Assembly: GCA_905178155.1 (NCBI GenBank)
Contig: CAJINV010000006.1
Span: 2,458,658 to 2,522,657, forward strand
Source of the DNA: Amoebophrya sp. A120
Taxonomy: Eukaryota > Protista > Dinoflagellata
Direction of reading: 5' to 3'
Length of the DNA: 64,000 nt
Positions within the stretch are counted from its first letter, which is position 1. Each line of letters starts with the position of its first letter. The notes under the pieces were generated by a model. It was not told the origin of the DNA, did no database searches, and saw only the letters and a list, made by a program, of their open reading frames with translations. The position numbers were made by a program, and so were the translations under genes. Below, piece by piece: positions 46,701 through 57,733 of this stretch.

Positions 46701-49700
46701 GTAGACGAAATTCAAGGGGTGTATCAAATGCAAATATGTCCGGGTCTGGAAGAATACAAACTTGTGATGCGCATTTCAGAACACAGAAAAATCTCTCATG
46801 CATAGGCAGCAAAAGCTGCCCACTTTCTGTCACCAAAATGGGGGATTTGTCATGCGGGTTCGGCATTGCGGAAGCTTCTCGAAACCTGTGACGCTAGAGC
46901 TTCCATGCCAGACCTTCTGTGTCATGCAAAAACAGCATGACTCTTCCAGACCCAGACACTTTTGCATTTGATAGGGTGAAACCGGACGCAAAACGGAAAC
47001 GCGGTCAGGATGAGCTGGGATTCTTGGATTTTCGTGTTAAAGTGGAGGGAAAGCTGCAGGTTCCAGTAGCCTTCCTTGACTTGATTGTAGGCAAACTTTT
47101 CCTCCTCGGTCTCATACCGGGGGCGCTCTATCCAAAGGAAAAACATTGCGTGCGCACGACTTTGGACTTCCTGCAAGGCATGCCCAGCATGACAGGTGAG
47201 TACTGCCTTGCATGTCCCGCATGACAGACACAGTGTTTTTCTTGCATACCTTCGTTCAAAATTTCGTTCAGCTGCTGCAATTCCGATTCCAGTTTTTCCT
47301 TCTCGGATTGCGCGTTAGAACCTGATTGATGTTATTGACACTGTGCTTGTCATACGAAAATCCCACACTAATTTCTTTTCTCATGCTTGTTACCGAAACA
47401 AAACAGCGAGATATGGATTTTGGTATTGGTTTTCTTCACTCACAACAGCTATACCTGCATCCTGGTCGCTGTCTTCTAACTCCCCTGGATTTATCTTCTC
47501 CCCCCGCGCTTCTATCCTGAGTAAAAACGTACCCACACCAGAGTTGTAATGCAGATTTGCAAAGACAGGAAGACTTGTAATGCGCATCCGCATGAGAGCC
47601 ATTTCCAGTCGTGTTTTGGAATTTGTGATGCTGTGAACAGGATGAGCAGATGAATCTGTGATGCGGCTGCCCTTGCTAACTTGCACTACGCTGCGGAGTG
47701 CAACTTGTCATGCGTGACTCACAAAACTCCTAGGTTTGTGTTGCAAAATCCCCATCCTGACGCTGGTGCGGGTACGTTTTTACTCAGGATAGCTTCTATT
47801 CTTTCCTCTTCCTGCGATTCCTTCTTCTCAACCGTCTTTACAACGGGGAGTTCTTCCTGGACCACTTCATTCTTGAAATCCCAGCGGTAGATGTGTATGC
47901 AACGAAAAACTGTTTCACTGTGAACTTGTGATGCATAGAATGGAACACAGAACTATTTGGCTTGCCACACCTGCAAGGCATTGGAATTTTTAGCGTGTTT
48001 TCCCTTGGGAAGCGCGCATGACAAATTTTCTGTGTCATGTGTAGCAAACTTGTAATGCGGATCTTGCAAAACCATCACACTGAAACAGTTTTTTCCCTGG
48101 ATAATGTGCGGCTGCAGTGCGTTGTTCATTTCCGCCAGGAGCGCGAGCATCTCCTCCGTGGGCGGCCTATTACAGTAAAAAATGCCCCCGCCCCAGAACT
48201 TGGCAGCATTTGTATTGCAAACCTTTCCAATGGAAAGAACCTTCCCCGTCTTGCATGTATCAGCATCACAAATTTCAATTTTCCATGCTAAATATCTCAA
48301 ATTTGTGTTGCAAAGGACCGCAACAGTAGCCGGGTCTGTTATGCACAAGACACCTTGCGCGCCTAGATTCTGCATCAGCAAGGCTCGTAGTCCTTTCATG
48401 CAAGACAAAAAGGTCTCATACTCATTTGGAAACTTTGCATGAGAAACTTTTGCAAATTCTTTCCGGGGTGGGGGCATTTTCATTGTAATACGGCCCGTCG
48501 TACGTTTCGTCGCGATCTAGGTCGAACATTTCTTTATCCTTTAAGTCCAAAATTTTCTTGTTGTAATCCTGCCTTGTCTTGTCTATCCGGGCCCGCTCCT
48601 CCTTGGGCAAGTAGTTGTCCAAAATCTGCCCCGTTTCTTCATTTACTTCGTACAATTTTCCGTCGATCTTCACGTACTTCTTTGGTCGCGGCTCGTCGTA
48701 GAAAAAGAGGCTGTACTTTGGACACCTGTGCGGAATAGAGTGGATGTAGTCGGTTTCGTAGAAGGTCGCCAAGTGCTTCGCGTCAAAGTCCCCCGGCACG
48801 TCTAAATCCAGCGTTTTTCCGTTGATCGGCAGCCAACAAAAGTCCTTGATGTTGGGGTTTTGCAACTCGTAGTCGTCCTCGGCCGTTTTATCGTCGGATA
48901 TCCCGAGGAAAAACCTCCCCACGCACCAAGGTTGTTGTATATGCAAATCTGCATGCTGAAAATGTTTCTCATGCGAAGGGCCCCATGACAGCCATTTCGC
49001 AATGCTATTTGGGAGTTTGTCAACATGCTGGAATCAGCATAAGGTAGTCAATTTGGCATGCGGCTGCACTAGCTAAACAGGATTAATACATTACGAGCCC
49101 AGACTTGTCATGCTCGACAGCCAAAACTTGGAGATTTGTGTTGCAGATTTGCCAACTTGTTGACTAAACGGTCGTGGGAACCGATTTTTACTCCGGATAT
49201 CGGATCTCGCGTCTTCATCCTCCCAGTGCGGGCATTTCACATTCACGTATCAAAATGAAAAATCCCCTCTCCCCATATCACATTGGAAGTCTGTGATGCA
49301 GATTTGTGGTCACAAATCAGCTTTGTCATGCCAGAAGGGAAAAGATGCGGACTGTACTGCTGGGCTGCGTGGGAAAGCCTTGCATCTTCAGCATGACAGG
49401 AGAAAGCTGGAAGAGGGGAACAGCATGACAAATTGCCTGCAAGCGAGGCCACAACTGCGTCTCTTTGCCTTCCAGCAATACAAGTCGATTTGTGTACTCA
49501 AATACAGCATGACAAGTTTCGTTTTCGATATGGGGAGGGGGGATTTTTCCTCATGATATCACGATCTCGCTGTCCACCCAGGATTTCAGGTTGCACGGTA
49601 CTGGTTCGGTGAAAATGTTGTAGCCTGACTGGAGTAACGCGTTTTCTGTCATGTTGTAGAGTTCCACATCTATCCTTTTAAACTCGCGAAACTCTCGGTA

Positions 49701-52700
49701 TTCGAATCGCGGGAACGTATCCAGTGCAAAAGCATCGTGCTCGTAGTAATTGCAATTATGCATTACAAGTATTTTTCTTTTCCCTAAGGTCGATCAGCAT
49801 TACAAGTTCCATTTGTTCTCATGCTGAGGAAATTTGTAATGCAATTCATACTAGTACGATGCTTTTGCAATGCATAAAACGGGATTTTTTGCAACTCGAG
49901 AACGTCCCGCACGTCGTATCTCGCTAGTTGTGTATCAAGTGCAAACATGTCTGGGTCTGGAAGATTGCGAGATTTTTTGTCATGCATATTTCGGATCACG
50001 CGAATGGCGTCTGATGCAGGCAAAAGCATCACAGGTCGAGCGCGCCGCATGATGCCTGTGGTCCCGCATGAGAAATAACTTCCTACTTGCGTACCAAGAA
50101 ATCGGCAGCTTTTAGCGCTCACGCAACACAAATTCAAATTATTGTGTGTTCCTCCAGAGTTTGCATCACAAGTTCCAAGTCTTCCAGAGGACCCACACGT
50201 ATTTGCAGTTGATATTGTGTGAGTTTTGACAATTTCGCGAAGTACTTGCAGAGTTCGTCCAGCTGCTTATCGCTGTCGGAAACGGAAACTAAGGCGTCCG
50301 GGAGAAGCAACTCTATGAACAGCAAAAGCATCGTACTCGTATAAATGCATTACAAATTTCCTCAGCATGAGAAATAAAATTTGTAATGCTGGTTGACCTT
50401 AAGAAAAGGATTTGTAATGCATGATTGCAATACGAGTACGATACTTTTGCACAGGATAGACTCGGGGCGGTCCTTAATCTCCAGCGTACCATACTTCTCG
50501 TTCACCTGTACGACATTCAGCTTCGCCGCGCCGCCTATCCTGAGCAAAAACGTCCCCACCCAAGAGTCAGGATGAGAAAACTGCTAGACAAATCAACAAG
50601 CTTTGGTCGTTGCGCATGACAAGTTCTTTGGGCTCATAGTGTAATCCTGTTCGGCTAGTGCATCAGCATCACAAGTCTCACATCCTATGCTGATTTGAGC
50701 ATCACAAATTCCAAAACGCGACTACTAGAAAATGCTTCTCATGGAGCTCCGCATGAGAAACATTTTATGCATGCTGATGCGCATGACAAGAACTCTGGGG
50801 AATTTGGGGACGTTTTTACAGAGCGTACCGCCACCCGCGTTATTTTTGAACTCCGCCTTTTGTCTTTCCGCTTCTTCCTGCCGCAGCTCTATCCGTCGTG
50901 TTGGTGACACCATGCGCGGTTTCAGAGCGCCTTTGCGTAACCGAATGTCGTTTTCGGACAGGTGCTTCATTTTTTCGTTATTTACCCCAAAGTACTTCCT
51001 CTCCAAATCCTTCGCCATGCGGTCGGCTATGGGGTTCTCAAACGTTACATTCTCAACCGTTACAGCACGAATCTGTGGTGCAAGAACAGTAAAAGTGAGA
51101 ACGGGCGGATTGCGCATTTTGCATTACAAATTTGGAACGTAGTACTCATCATGCTGCGTCGCCCTTGGGCGGTTTGTCATGCGGAGTACCTTGATCGCCT
51201 GGAGGCTGATGGCAATTTTGCATTACACGTTCATGTAACACTGCAGAATGTAACAGTTGAGAACGCCATATCGGCCTTCGACACGTTGTGTCTGCGGTTC
51301 AGCTATCAACTCCAAAAATGTCTGGGTCTGGAAGATGGCCAGGTTTGTCATGCATATTTTGAATGACCCATGATGTCTATGACGCATGCCCTGGCATCAC
51401 AGATCTTTAGAGGACTTTGCGATGCCTCTACCGCATGAGAAATGCCCTCTCCGCATAGCACAAACTGGAGTCCTCTTGCTGGTCATGATGCAATACAAAT
51501 TTTTTTAGAATCCAGAGACAGCATTACAAGTTTAGAATCTTCCAGACCCAGACATATTTGCAATCCATATCAGCGGCGATTGCGAGTGGTCTTCGTCTTC
51601 GAGTTCCTCCAAGTTTTCAAACTCTACCTTCTTCTGGCCGTCCTTGTTCATGCCCAGCGGTAGCGTAAGACCGCCTGTTCCGTGACTCTGTGTACTACTT
51701 TTGTTCCCACCCTGCATGGCAGCAAGACCGCCTTTTTTCCCTGTCGCTTTGTCCTCTTTCTTTTCCCGCTTCACGATAAGGGACACAAATGCCCCAAACT
51801 TCGCCTTGTTCGACGGCGGCGCGCCCTGCCGGATTTTCGTTTTTTCCAAAGCGTCCTTGTCAATCACGAACCACTTATCGTGAGAAAAAAGTGTTTCACT
51901 GTAAGGCTTTTGCAGGTTTTGCATCACAAGTTTGTTCTACATGACAGACACAGACAGAAAAAATTTGCCATGCAAGGTTCCTAAAGGAAAACACAGCTAA
52001 AAATCCACTGTCTTGCATGTCACAAGACAAATAGTTCTGTGTTCAATTTTATGCATCACAAGTTTACAGTGAAACAGTTTTTTCTTGCGATACGACTTTT
52101 CGAAAATGTACTGCGCATGGGTGATGGGGGTCACGGTCAGTTGCAGCGGAAGGAGCAGTATGCTGTGCAAAAGTATCGCACTCGTAGTAATCGCAATTAT
52201 GCATGACAAGTTGCCTTCCTAAGCTAAAACAGCATGACACATTCCATTTGTCATGCTAGGAATAAATTTGTAATGCAATTTATACTACAAGTACGATACT
52301 TTTGCATTTCATAAGCAGGTCGTCCATGAGTAGCTTCACGAGTAATTCGAGTTGGCAAATCGCGTCAATCTGCTGTTTTATGTGGATGAAGTTTTTGTTT
52401 TTCTTTTTCTTCACGAGACCCGTTTGCGAGTCGATGGACGCGTTGTGGTTTGCCACGTACTTCATATTGCTGGGCAGCTGGAATTTCCCCTCCGCAAACA
52501 GGCGGATCGAGCGGTGGATCATTCCGTTCACAATGTTTTTCCACCGCCAATCGTTCGCCAACTCGTCCAGACACCGTCGCACGATATGGGAGTGTCAGGA
52601 TTGAAATCGTCAAAGTTGAAATAATACTTTCTCATGCATAAAATCGATACAAGTTGGAAGCCCAATTTCCAAGCGGCGCATGACAAATTTCGGCACCGTC

Positions 52701-54139
52701 TAGATCCAGTTTGTCATGCTGTTTAGGGACAGAAGGCGTTTTTTGTCATGCTACTTTAGCAGCTCTACCGCAGACCCCAAACAGGCTGACTGTCGGCCTC
52801 AATTGCAATCCCTGCAAGAGAGGCACTTCATGCCTTGCAATTTATGCATGAGAAATTATCTCAACTTTGTCGATTTCAAACCTGACACTTCCATACACGA
52901 CCTGGCGAAAGTAGGAAACCTCCTGATCGTCGTGTATCTGCTCGGAGTCTAGTCGCATGAAGTTGTCCTTGGCCACCGAGATCGACCCATCCCGCCGCAA
53001 CGAAAACCGGTCCACGATCATGCGCTGCACGGCTATAAACAGCCACCACCGCATATGGAGGATTTTCGACGTGTCCTGCTTGTCGTAAGCGAGGAACGCG
53101 TTCCGCGCCCGAGTCTCGCACTTGTAGATGATGGGCATGTAGTGCTCGAGTTTGGTCACCTTCATGGCGTGCTTGCGGAATAACTCTACCGAGGTGCGAC
53201 AATCCTTGGAAATGTTGTACTGAAACGACTTCCGGTACGTGTCCAGGTCCACGCCGGCCTGCATGGCCTTGTAGTTATCGGAATTTTTGTTCAGATTTTC
53301 CTCGCCGGGTAGTCCGGTGACCAAAGCGCCAGAGGTCTGCGCGCCGGAATCGCCCCCAGCGCCGTCGCCGGTGGCTCCGGTCGCTTCGCCACCCCCACTC
53401 CCCCCGCCAGCTCCTCCGGTGTTTCCAGTGTTTCCCCCGCCGCCCGGCGACCCGTCGGGCTTGCCGCCATCAGCTCCTTGCTGCTGCTGCCCGGATGAGG
53501 AAGGTATGCTTTGCAAAACTATCGCACTCGTAGTACTTGTTGCAAACATCCATGACGAATCTTCCTCCTAAGGTAAAACAGCATTACAAATTGCCTTTTT
53601 CTTCTTGAAAAAATTTGTGATGCAATTTTTGCTAATACGATACATTTGCAATGCATAGAGGAAGTGTAGACCCAATACCGGTCTAACACAAACCCCAGCT
53701 GCTCCACCGCCTCGGGCCCGTTGCAGAAGTTGTAGGGATTGCGCTTCGTGTCCCCCGGGAGGTAGGGGTCTTCCATCAGAAACACGCCGGCCTGCACGCA
53801 TATCCAGTGCAAATATGCCTGGGTCTGAAAAGTTGTGATGCTAATACATGAAGAGTCACAACATGACTAGAGTAGGCAGCCAAGCATGAGAAATCTTTGA
53901 GCACTCCTGTGGTGCGTAATACGCATGAGAAGCTGCGTTCTTTTTGCATGACACAGAACCAGCACTACTCCGCAACACGCATTACAGCATTTGGGAGCAT
54001 TGGAATTCAGCATTACAGGTCAGGCACTCTTCCAGACCCAGACATATTTGCAGTTCATAACGCATAGTGGGTGGCGGCTGCAGAGCCGGGAGAAGGCGTT
54101 CACCCGGAGCTTCGCTTTCGGGTCCTCGGGGAGGGCCAT
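43789..54139 (-). CDS. Large protein with a cysteine-containing leucine-rich-repeat-like segment; 25 introners plus 3 GT-AG introns
   Basis: Spliced segment ...TRLRYLGLNYCADVDTNILRVILLKCPNLMVLDVTG... (LRR_CC-like); the exons I translated join from MALPEDPKAK (54139) to TAA at 43789; start uncertain. Confidence 0.72.
43930..44075. mobile_element. Introner family B
   Basis: DR tggat/tggat. Confidence 0.92.
44134..44395. mobile_element. Introner family A
   Basis: DR cgcca/cgcca. Confidence 0.92.
44686..44842. mobile_element. Introner family B
   Basis: DR ctgca/ctgca. Confidence 0.92.
45025..45196 (-). other. Canonical GT-AG intron carrying a GCATGACAAA pair
   Basis: GAG|GTACAG...AAACAG|AA gives EQGEYDRFH; motifs at 45141 and 45173. 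Confidence 0.75.
45368..45618. mobile_element. Introner family A
   Basis: DR gcggc/gcggc. Confidence 0.92.
45676..45914. mobile_element. Introner family D
   Basis: DR atctc/atctc. Confidence 0.92.
45975..46189. mobile_element. Introner family M (single copy)
   Basis: GAGAAAAAAGTTGGTCAC...GTGACGAACTTTTCTTGTTTGATA; DR tcagg, extending to 11-bp atcaggtttgg. Confidence 0.82.
46258..46469. mobile_element. Introner family G
   Basis: TATCGCAAGAAAAAACTTTTTCACTGTG...CACAGTGAAACAGTTTTTTCGTGGGATA; DR tcaaa/tcaag. Confidence 0.9.
46521..46676. mobile_element. Introner family B
   Basis: DR cgccg/cgccg. Confidence 0.92.
46722..46973. mobile_element. Introner family A
   Basis: DR gggtg/gggtg. Confidence 0.93.
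47167..47249 (-). other. 83-nt GT-AG intron that is a shrunken L/G-family introner
   Basis: G|TATGCAAGAAAAACACTGTGT...CTTGCAG-GAAG; DR gaagg/gaagt. Confidence 0.72.
47322..47454 (-). other. Canonical GT-AG intron
   Basis: CAG|GTATAG...ATCAG|G gives DAGSNAQSEK. Confidence 0.68.
47513..47791. mobile_element. Introner family C
   Basis: TATCCTGAGTAAAAACGTACCC...GGGTACGTTTTTACTCAGGATA; DR gcttc/gcttc. Confidence 0.93.
47896..48103. mobile_element. Introner family G
   Basis: DR atgtg/atgtg. Confidence 0.92.
48168..48490. mobile_element. Introner family F
   Basis: DR cggcc/cggcc. Confidence 0.92.
48899..49199. mobile_element. Introner family C (degenerate)
   Basis: DR tcgga/tcgga. Confidence 0.87.
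49248..49558. mobile_element. Introner family J
   Basis: TATCAAAATGAAAAATCCCCTCTCCCCATATC...GATATGGGGAGGGGGGATTTTTCCTCATGATA; DR tcacg/tcacg. Confidence 0.92.
49718..49876. mobile_element. Introner family B
   Basis: DR gaacg/aaacg. Confidence 0.9.
49933..50214. mobile_element. Introner family A
   Basis: DR ttgtg/ttgtg. Confidence 0.9.
50314..50458. mobile_element. Introner family B
   Basis: DR aactc/gactc. Confidence 0.9.
50536..50827. mobile_element. Introner family C
   Basis: DR ccgcc/ccgcc. Confidence 0.9.
51028..51270. mobile_element. Introner family D
   Basis: DR tcggc/tcggc. Confidence 0.92.
51304..51569. mobile_element. Introner family A
   Basis: DR tcagc/tcagc. Confidence 0.92.
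51876..52092. mobile_element. Introner family G (opposite orientation to 47896)
   Basis: DR ccact/cgact. Confidence 0.9.
52159..52313. mobile_element. Introner family B
   Basis: DR agcag/agcag. Confidence 0.92.
52585..52895. mobile_element. Introner family E
   Basis: TATGGGAGTGTCAGGATTGAAATCG...CGATTTCAAACCTGACACTTCCATA; DR cacga/cacga. Confidence 0.93.
53505..53657. mobile_element. Introner family B
   Basis: B TIRs; flanks gaggaagg/gaggaagt (8-bp-like repeat). Confidence 0.87.
53801..54059. mobile_element. Introner family A
   Basis: DR acgca/acgca. Confidence 0.9.
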
Positions 54140-55073
54140 GGTCGTGGAGGTGGACGAGGTGGCCCACGAGTAAGTACAACTCAACTAGAGCCACACTACA
54201 TCACGAAAGAGCAGCAGTGTGGTCTTCAACTCCTTCAGGCTGCACATATTCTGGCTGTGTGCCCGCCGGTGAAGCAAAACGACAGGGTGAAAGTGAAACT
54301 TCTAGACGAATTATCCAAAGTAATTGTTCGGTGTGACACTGAATTAAAAGTGACTTCCTGCGAGAATAAGTGTCCAACTCGAAGCGGAGGCCTGCGGAGG
54401 ATGAAGTTGCGAGGAAATCGAAATCAATAACGCCAGAATAAAATTGCAATTGAAAGAAAAATAAATCGAGACTTCTCTAGCGAACTCTTGTATAGTAATC
54501 TTGTACGAGTCGAAAAACGACACGACAAGCGCTGCAAGGAACCAGAAGTAGGTACCACACTTGACACGAAGCTTGAAATTTACACGACGGTATTGTTTCA
54601 CTCTCCGGGCTCTCTTACGCGCCCAAAGAAGTTGTTGAGACGGGGCCACATAGTCGACCTAAAGTTCTTCAAGTCTGCTCTCACTCCTAGTGTCTACACA
54701 ACCACTCAACATCTGCGTCAAAAATCTCTCCTGCGCTCCGTCTCCCTTTGGTGCCAGATTGATATACGACGACCAGCTTTCTGGACTGAGACATTTTCAC
54801 AGAGACGAACTACACTAGCGAAAGAACATCGGACCAAATTCTGACCGATTGTTCCAGCTCGTAGTGGTGCTTTCTCCTGATCCAAAAGAAGTAGTGCACA
54901 GCCACAGAGCACGGTCTGGCGGAAAAAAGATGATCATCGTCAATCACTTAGCGATGACAACATAATTTATGAAGAAGCTAGTACGCCTCCGACCCGGTAA
55001 AAAAGCTCTTTGGAAAATAAAACATTCTCGCCTTGTATAAATACCTCCTAGTATCGAAGTAGGTAGATTATCA

Positions 55074-57360
55074 TCAAGACATATCCACTCCCCAGTCTTC
55101 TTCCTCCTTCTCTTCGGTCACGGTTTTAAACCCCATAATGCCGCTCTGCAAGACAGGCTTCAGTTGCTTTGAAAACAGAGTCGAGAAGTCCTTCACTCTT
55201 TTCCGCAAAATCTCCACCTCCTGCTGCAACACAAACTGCCGCTGCAAAGAGTTTGATGATGTTCTGGAAAGATGTTGAGAAGAAGAGGAGGATTTTTTGT
55301 CATGCTGCAACAGCGACAGATGCGCAGTTGCGGGCTTCTTCGCAGCATCATCGTCTGGAGATGTTGAAAGGGAAGGGGTTCTTGCTGTCGTTTCCGACCT
55401 GCTATACTTCTATCGGAAGAAAAAACTGTTTCACTGTGAACTTGTGATGCATAGAATGGAACACAGAACTATTTGTCTTGCTACACCTGCAAGGCATCGG
55501 ATTTTTATAGCGTTTTTTCCCTTGGAAAGCGCGCATAGCTAATTTTGTGTGTCATGTGTAGCAAACTTGTGATGCGGATCTTGCAAAACCATCACAGTGA
55601 AACAGTTTTTTCGTGGGATAATTTCGCGTCATCCTCCAATGGAGCGCAAATCGCACAATCCGCGTTCCCCGTGTCAAATTCATCGTTTAGTACTTCCGAC
55701 AATTTCGATGTGTAGTTGTCCTGCTCGTGCGGTTCTTGAGCTGTAGTTCTTGAAGATGATGAAACAAACTGCGTGAAAAACTGCTTGTAGCTGTTTTTCC
55801 CGTAGGTGATTTTTTTAGCCTCCCCGTTCGGGTGAATACAGGTATAAACCGCTCAGGTGTTACAATCTCAAATGTTACAATAGAATATGGAAATCTGTGA
55901 TGCAAGAGTGCATGACCTAGCCTACTCCCACAGGATTGCGCATGACAAGTTCTCGAGCCCGAATCCGCAGTAGAATCTGGCGAAATTTGTATTGCAAAAG
56001 GTGGAATGCTGTGCGAGTCTGTCATGCTCATCATGCAACAAAAATTCCAGATTCTTTTTTAACGTTTGGGATTGTAGCATCTGAGCATGCCATAACAGGT
56101 GAAGCCAACTTCGGAATCCCGCATCTGGTCGAGGCAGGAGGAGGTGGAAGACGTTGATGTAGCTCCATTGTTCCCTTTAGCTGTCGAAAAAGGTGTTGAA
56201 AATCGCAACCGACAAGTCCATCAAAATGAAAAATCCCGCCTCCCCATATTGAAACGTAAACTTCTGTTGCTGGATTTGTGTACAAAAATCAGCTCTGTCT
56301 TGCAACGAGGCACTGCGGGCAAAGCCGCAGGCTGCGTAGGGCCGTTTCTGTGTAGGTACTTAGCATAGCAGAGGCCTTCGATGTAAGCGTAACAGCATTA
56401 CAAATCGCCGGAATAAAGTGGCGGACTCTTTGCATTTGCCCCCTTGCAAGGGAGACAGGATTTGTGGTCACAAATCAGCATCACAAATTTTTAGCAGCAT
56501 GCCTTTTCAGTATGGGGAGAGGGGATTTTTCCTCGCAATAACGTTCCTTCTTTCTTCACCGTGGAGACGCACGCCGTATCACTAGGTATGGATTGCAAAA
56601 ATGTCTGGGTCTGGAAGAATGCAAGTTGTGATGCTATTTTTGGAATCTAAAAAAATCTGTATTGCATGAGAGGCAGGAGGCGTTCAGTTTTTGCTCCGGG
56701 GAGAGGGCATTTGTCATGCGGGATGGGCATCAAGATACCCGCAAAAAATCTGTCATGCTAGGTCATGCATTACAGGCCTCATAGCCCATGCGAAATATGC
56801 ATGACAAACCTGGAAATCTTCCAGACCCAGACACTTTTGCAATCCATACTAGGGGAAAAGCTGGCACTGCCCGCGGCTCTACTAGCCGGACTTGTTCCCT
56901 CGATCTGCCCCAGAGTAGAAGTGGTGGAAGATGAGGGAACGACCAATAATGTATCCTCATCATCATCGGCACCAGTTCCTATGGCGTCGAGGAAGGCTTT
57001 GGAGACGAGGCTGTGTTGCAGATCCTCCTTAGTTGAGGATGTTACCCTTCCGGACTGTTGTTCACCACTTGCTGTAGCTGTTCCTTCTTTTTGCAGAAAA
57101 CTTTTGTTCACCAAAAACTTCTTGTTATTTTTCCCGTTTAAGTAGAACGAAGTTGCTCCTTTCAACGGGAAGACGCCGCTTTGTGCCTGCTGCGCTGAAA
57201 TCTTCTTCTTCTTCTTCTTTTGTGTCGCATCAATCCGCTGTAACAGTTCCGTCTTCCGCGCCGCCGCTAGATCTACTTCTTCATGTCGTGCCGCAAGGCC
57301 GAAGAAACTGCTACCGCACACACAAATCGTGGCGGCAAGGGCGAACCGAAGCGGCCGCAT
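55074..57360 (-). CDS. Hypothetical secreted protein; 5 exons, 4 introners
   Basis: Signal-like MRPLRFALAATICVCGSSFFGLAA; frame continuous after removing the 4 elements, ending ...WGVDMS*. Confidence 0.75.
55411..55620. mobile_element. Introner family G
   Basis: DR acttc/atttc; very similar to 47896-48103. Confidence 0.92.
55843..56094. mobile_element. Introner family I
   Basis: DR acagg/acagg. Confidence 0.9.
56219..56540. mobile_element. Introner family J
   Basis: CATCAAAATGAAAAATCCC...GGGGATTTTTCCTCGCAATA; DR aagtc/acgtt. Confidence 0.85.
56587..56848. mobile_element. Introner family A
   Basis: DR ctagg/ctagg. Confidence 0.93.
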
Positions 57361-57733
57361 CTTTGCGGAGAAATGCGGTCTTAGAAGTGCGGCAGCCGGA
57401 CGTGGTCGTTGGGACTCGCCCTGCTGAGAGGTGAACTTCGCCGCTTACGTGACGTCCGGGAGAAGCTGCGCCGTCATTTTTGCGACGCCGGCGACGTCGT
57501 GCCGAAAGTAACCTTATACTTTTCAGTGTTTATTGCTTTCGCCTGCTGCGAAACCAAAAAGTTCAGAGATCGTGTTATGCAAACGTCCAATACAACTCGG
57601 TGCCAAAAATCATTGCTCCCTCTTGGTCTTCGTGCAACTGCAAATCAGCGATCGTAGTATTCCTTGCCTCTCAGAGCAGTGCTGCCCGTTACTTCGCTCT
57701 CTGAGGACTAGTAGGTAAAAATCACGATAGCGT

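Noticed and set aside
55297-55306. GCATGACAAA motif in exons (also ~60545)
   Set aside because: Isolated in-frame occurrences at about chance frequency, with no TIR or DR.
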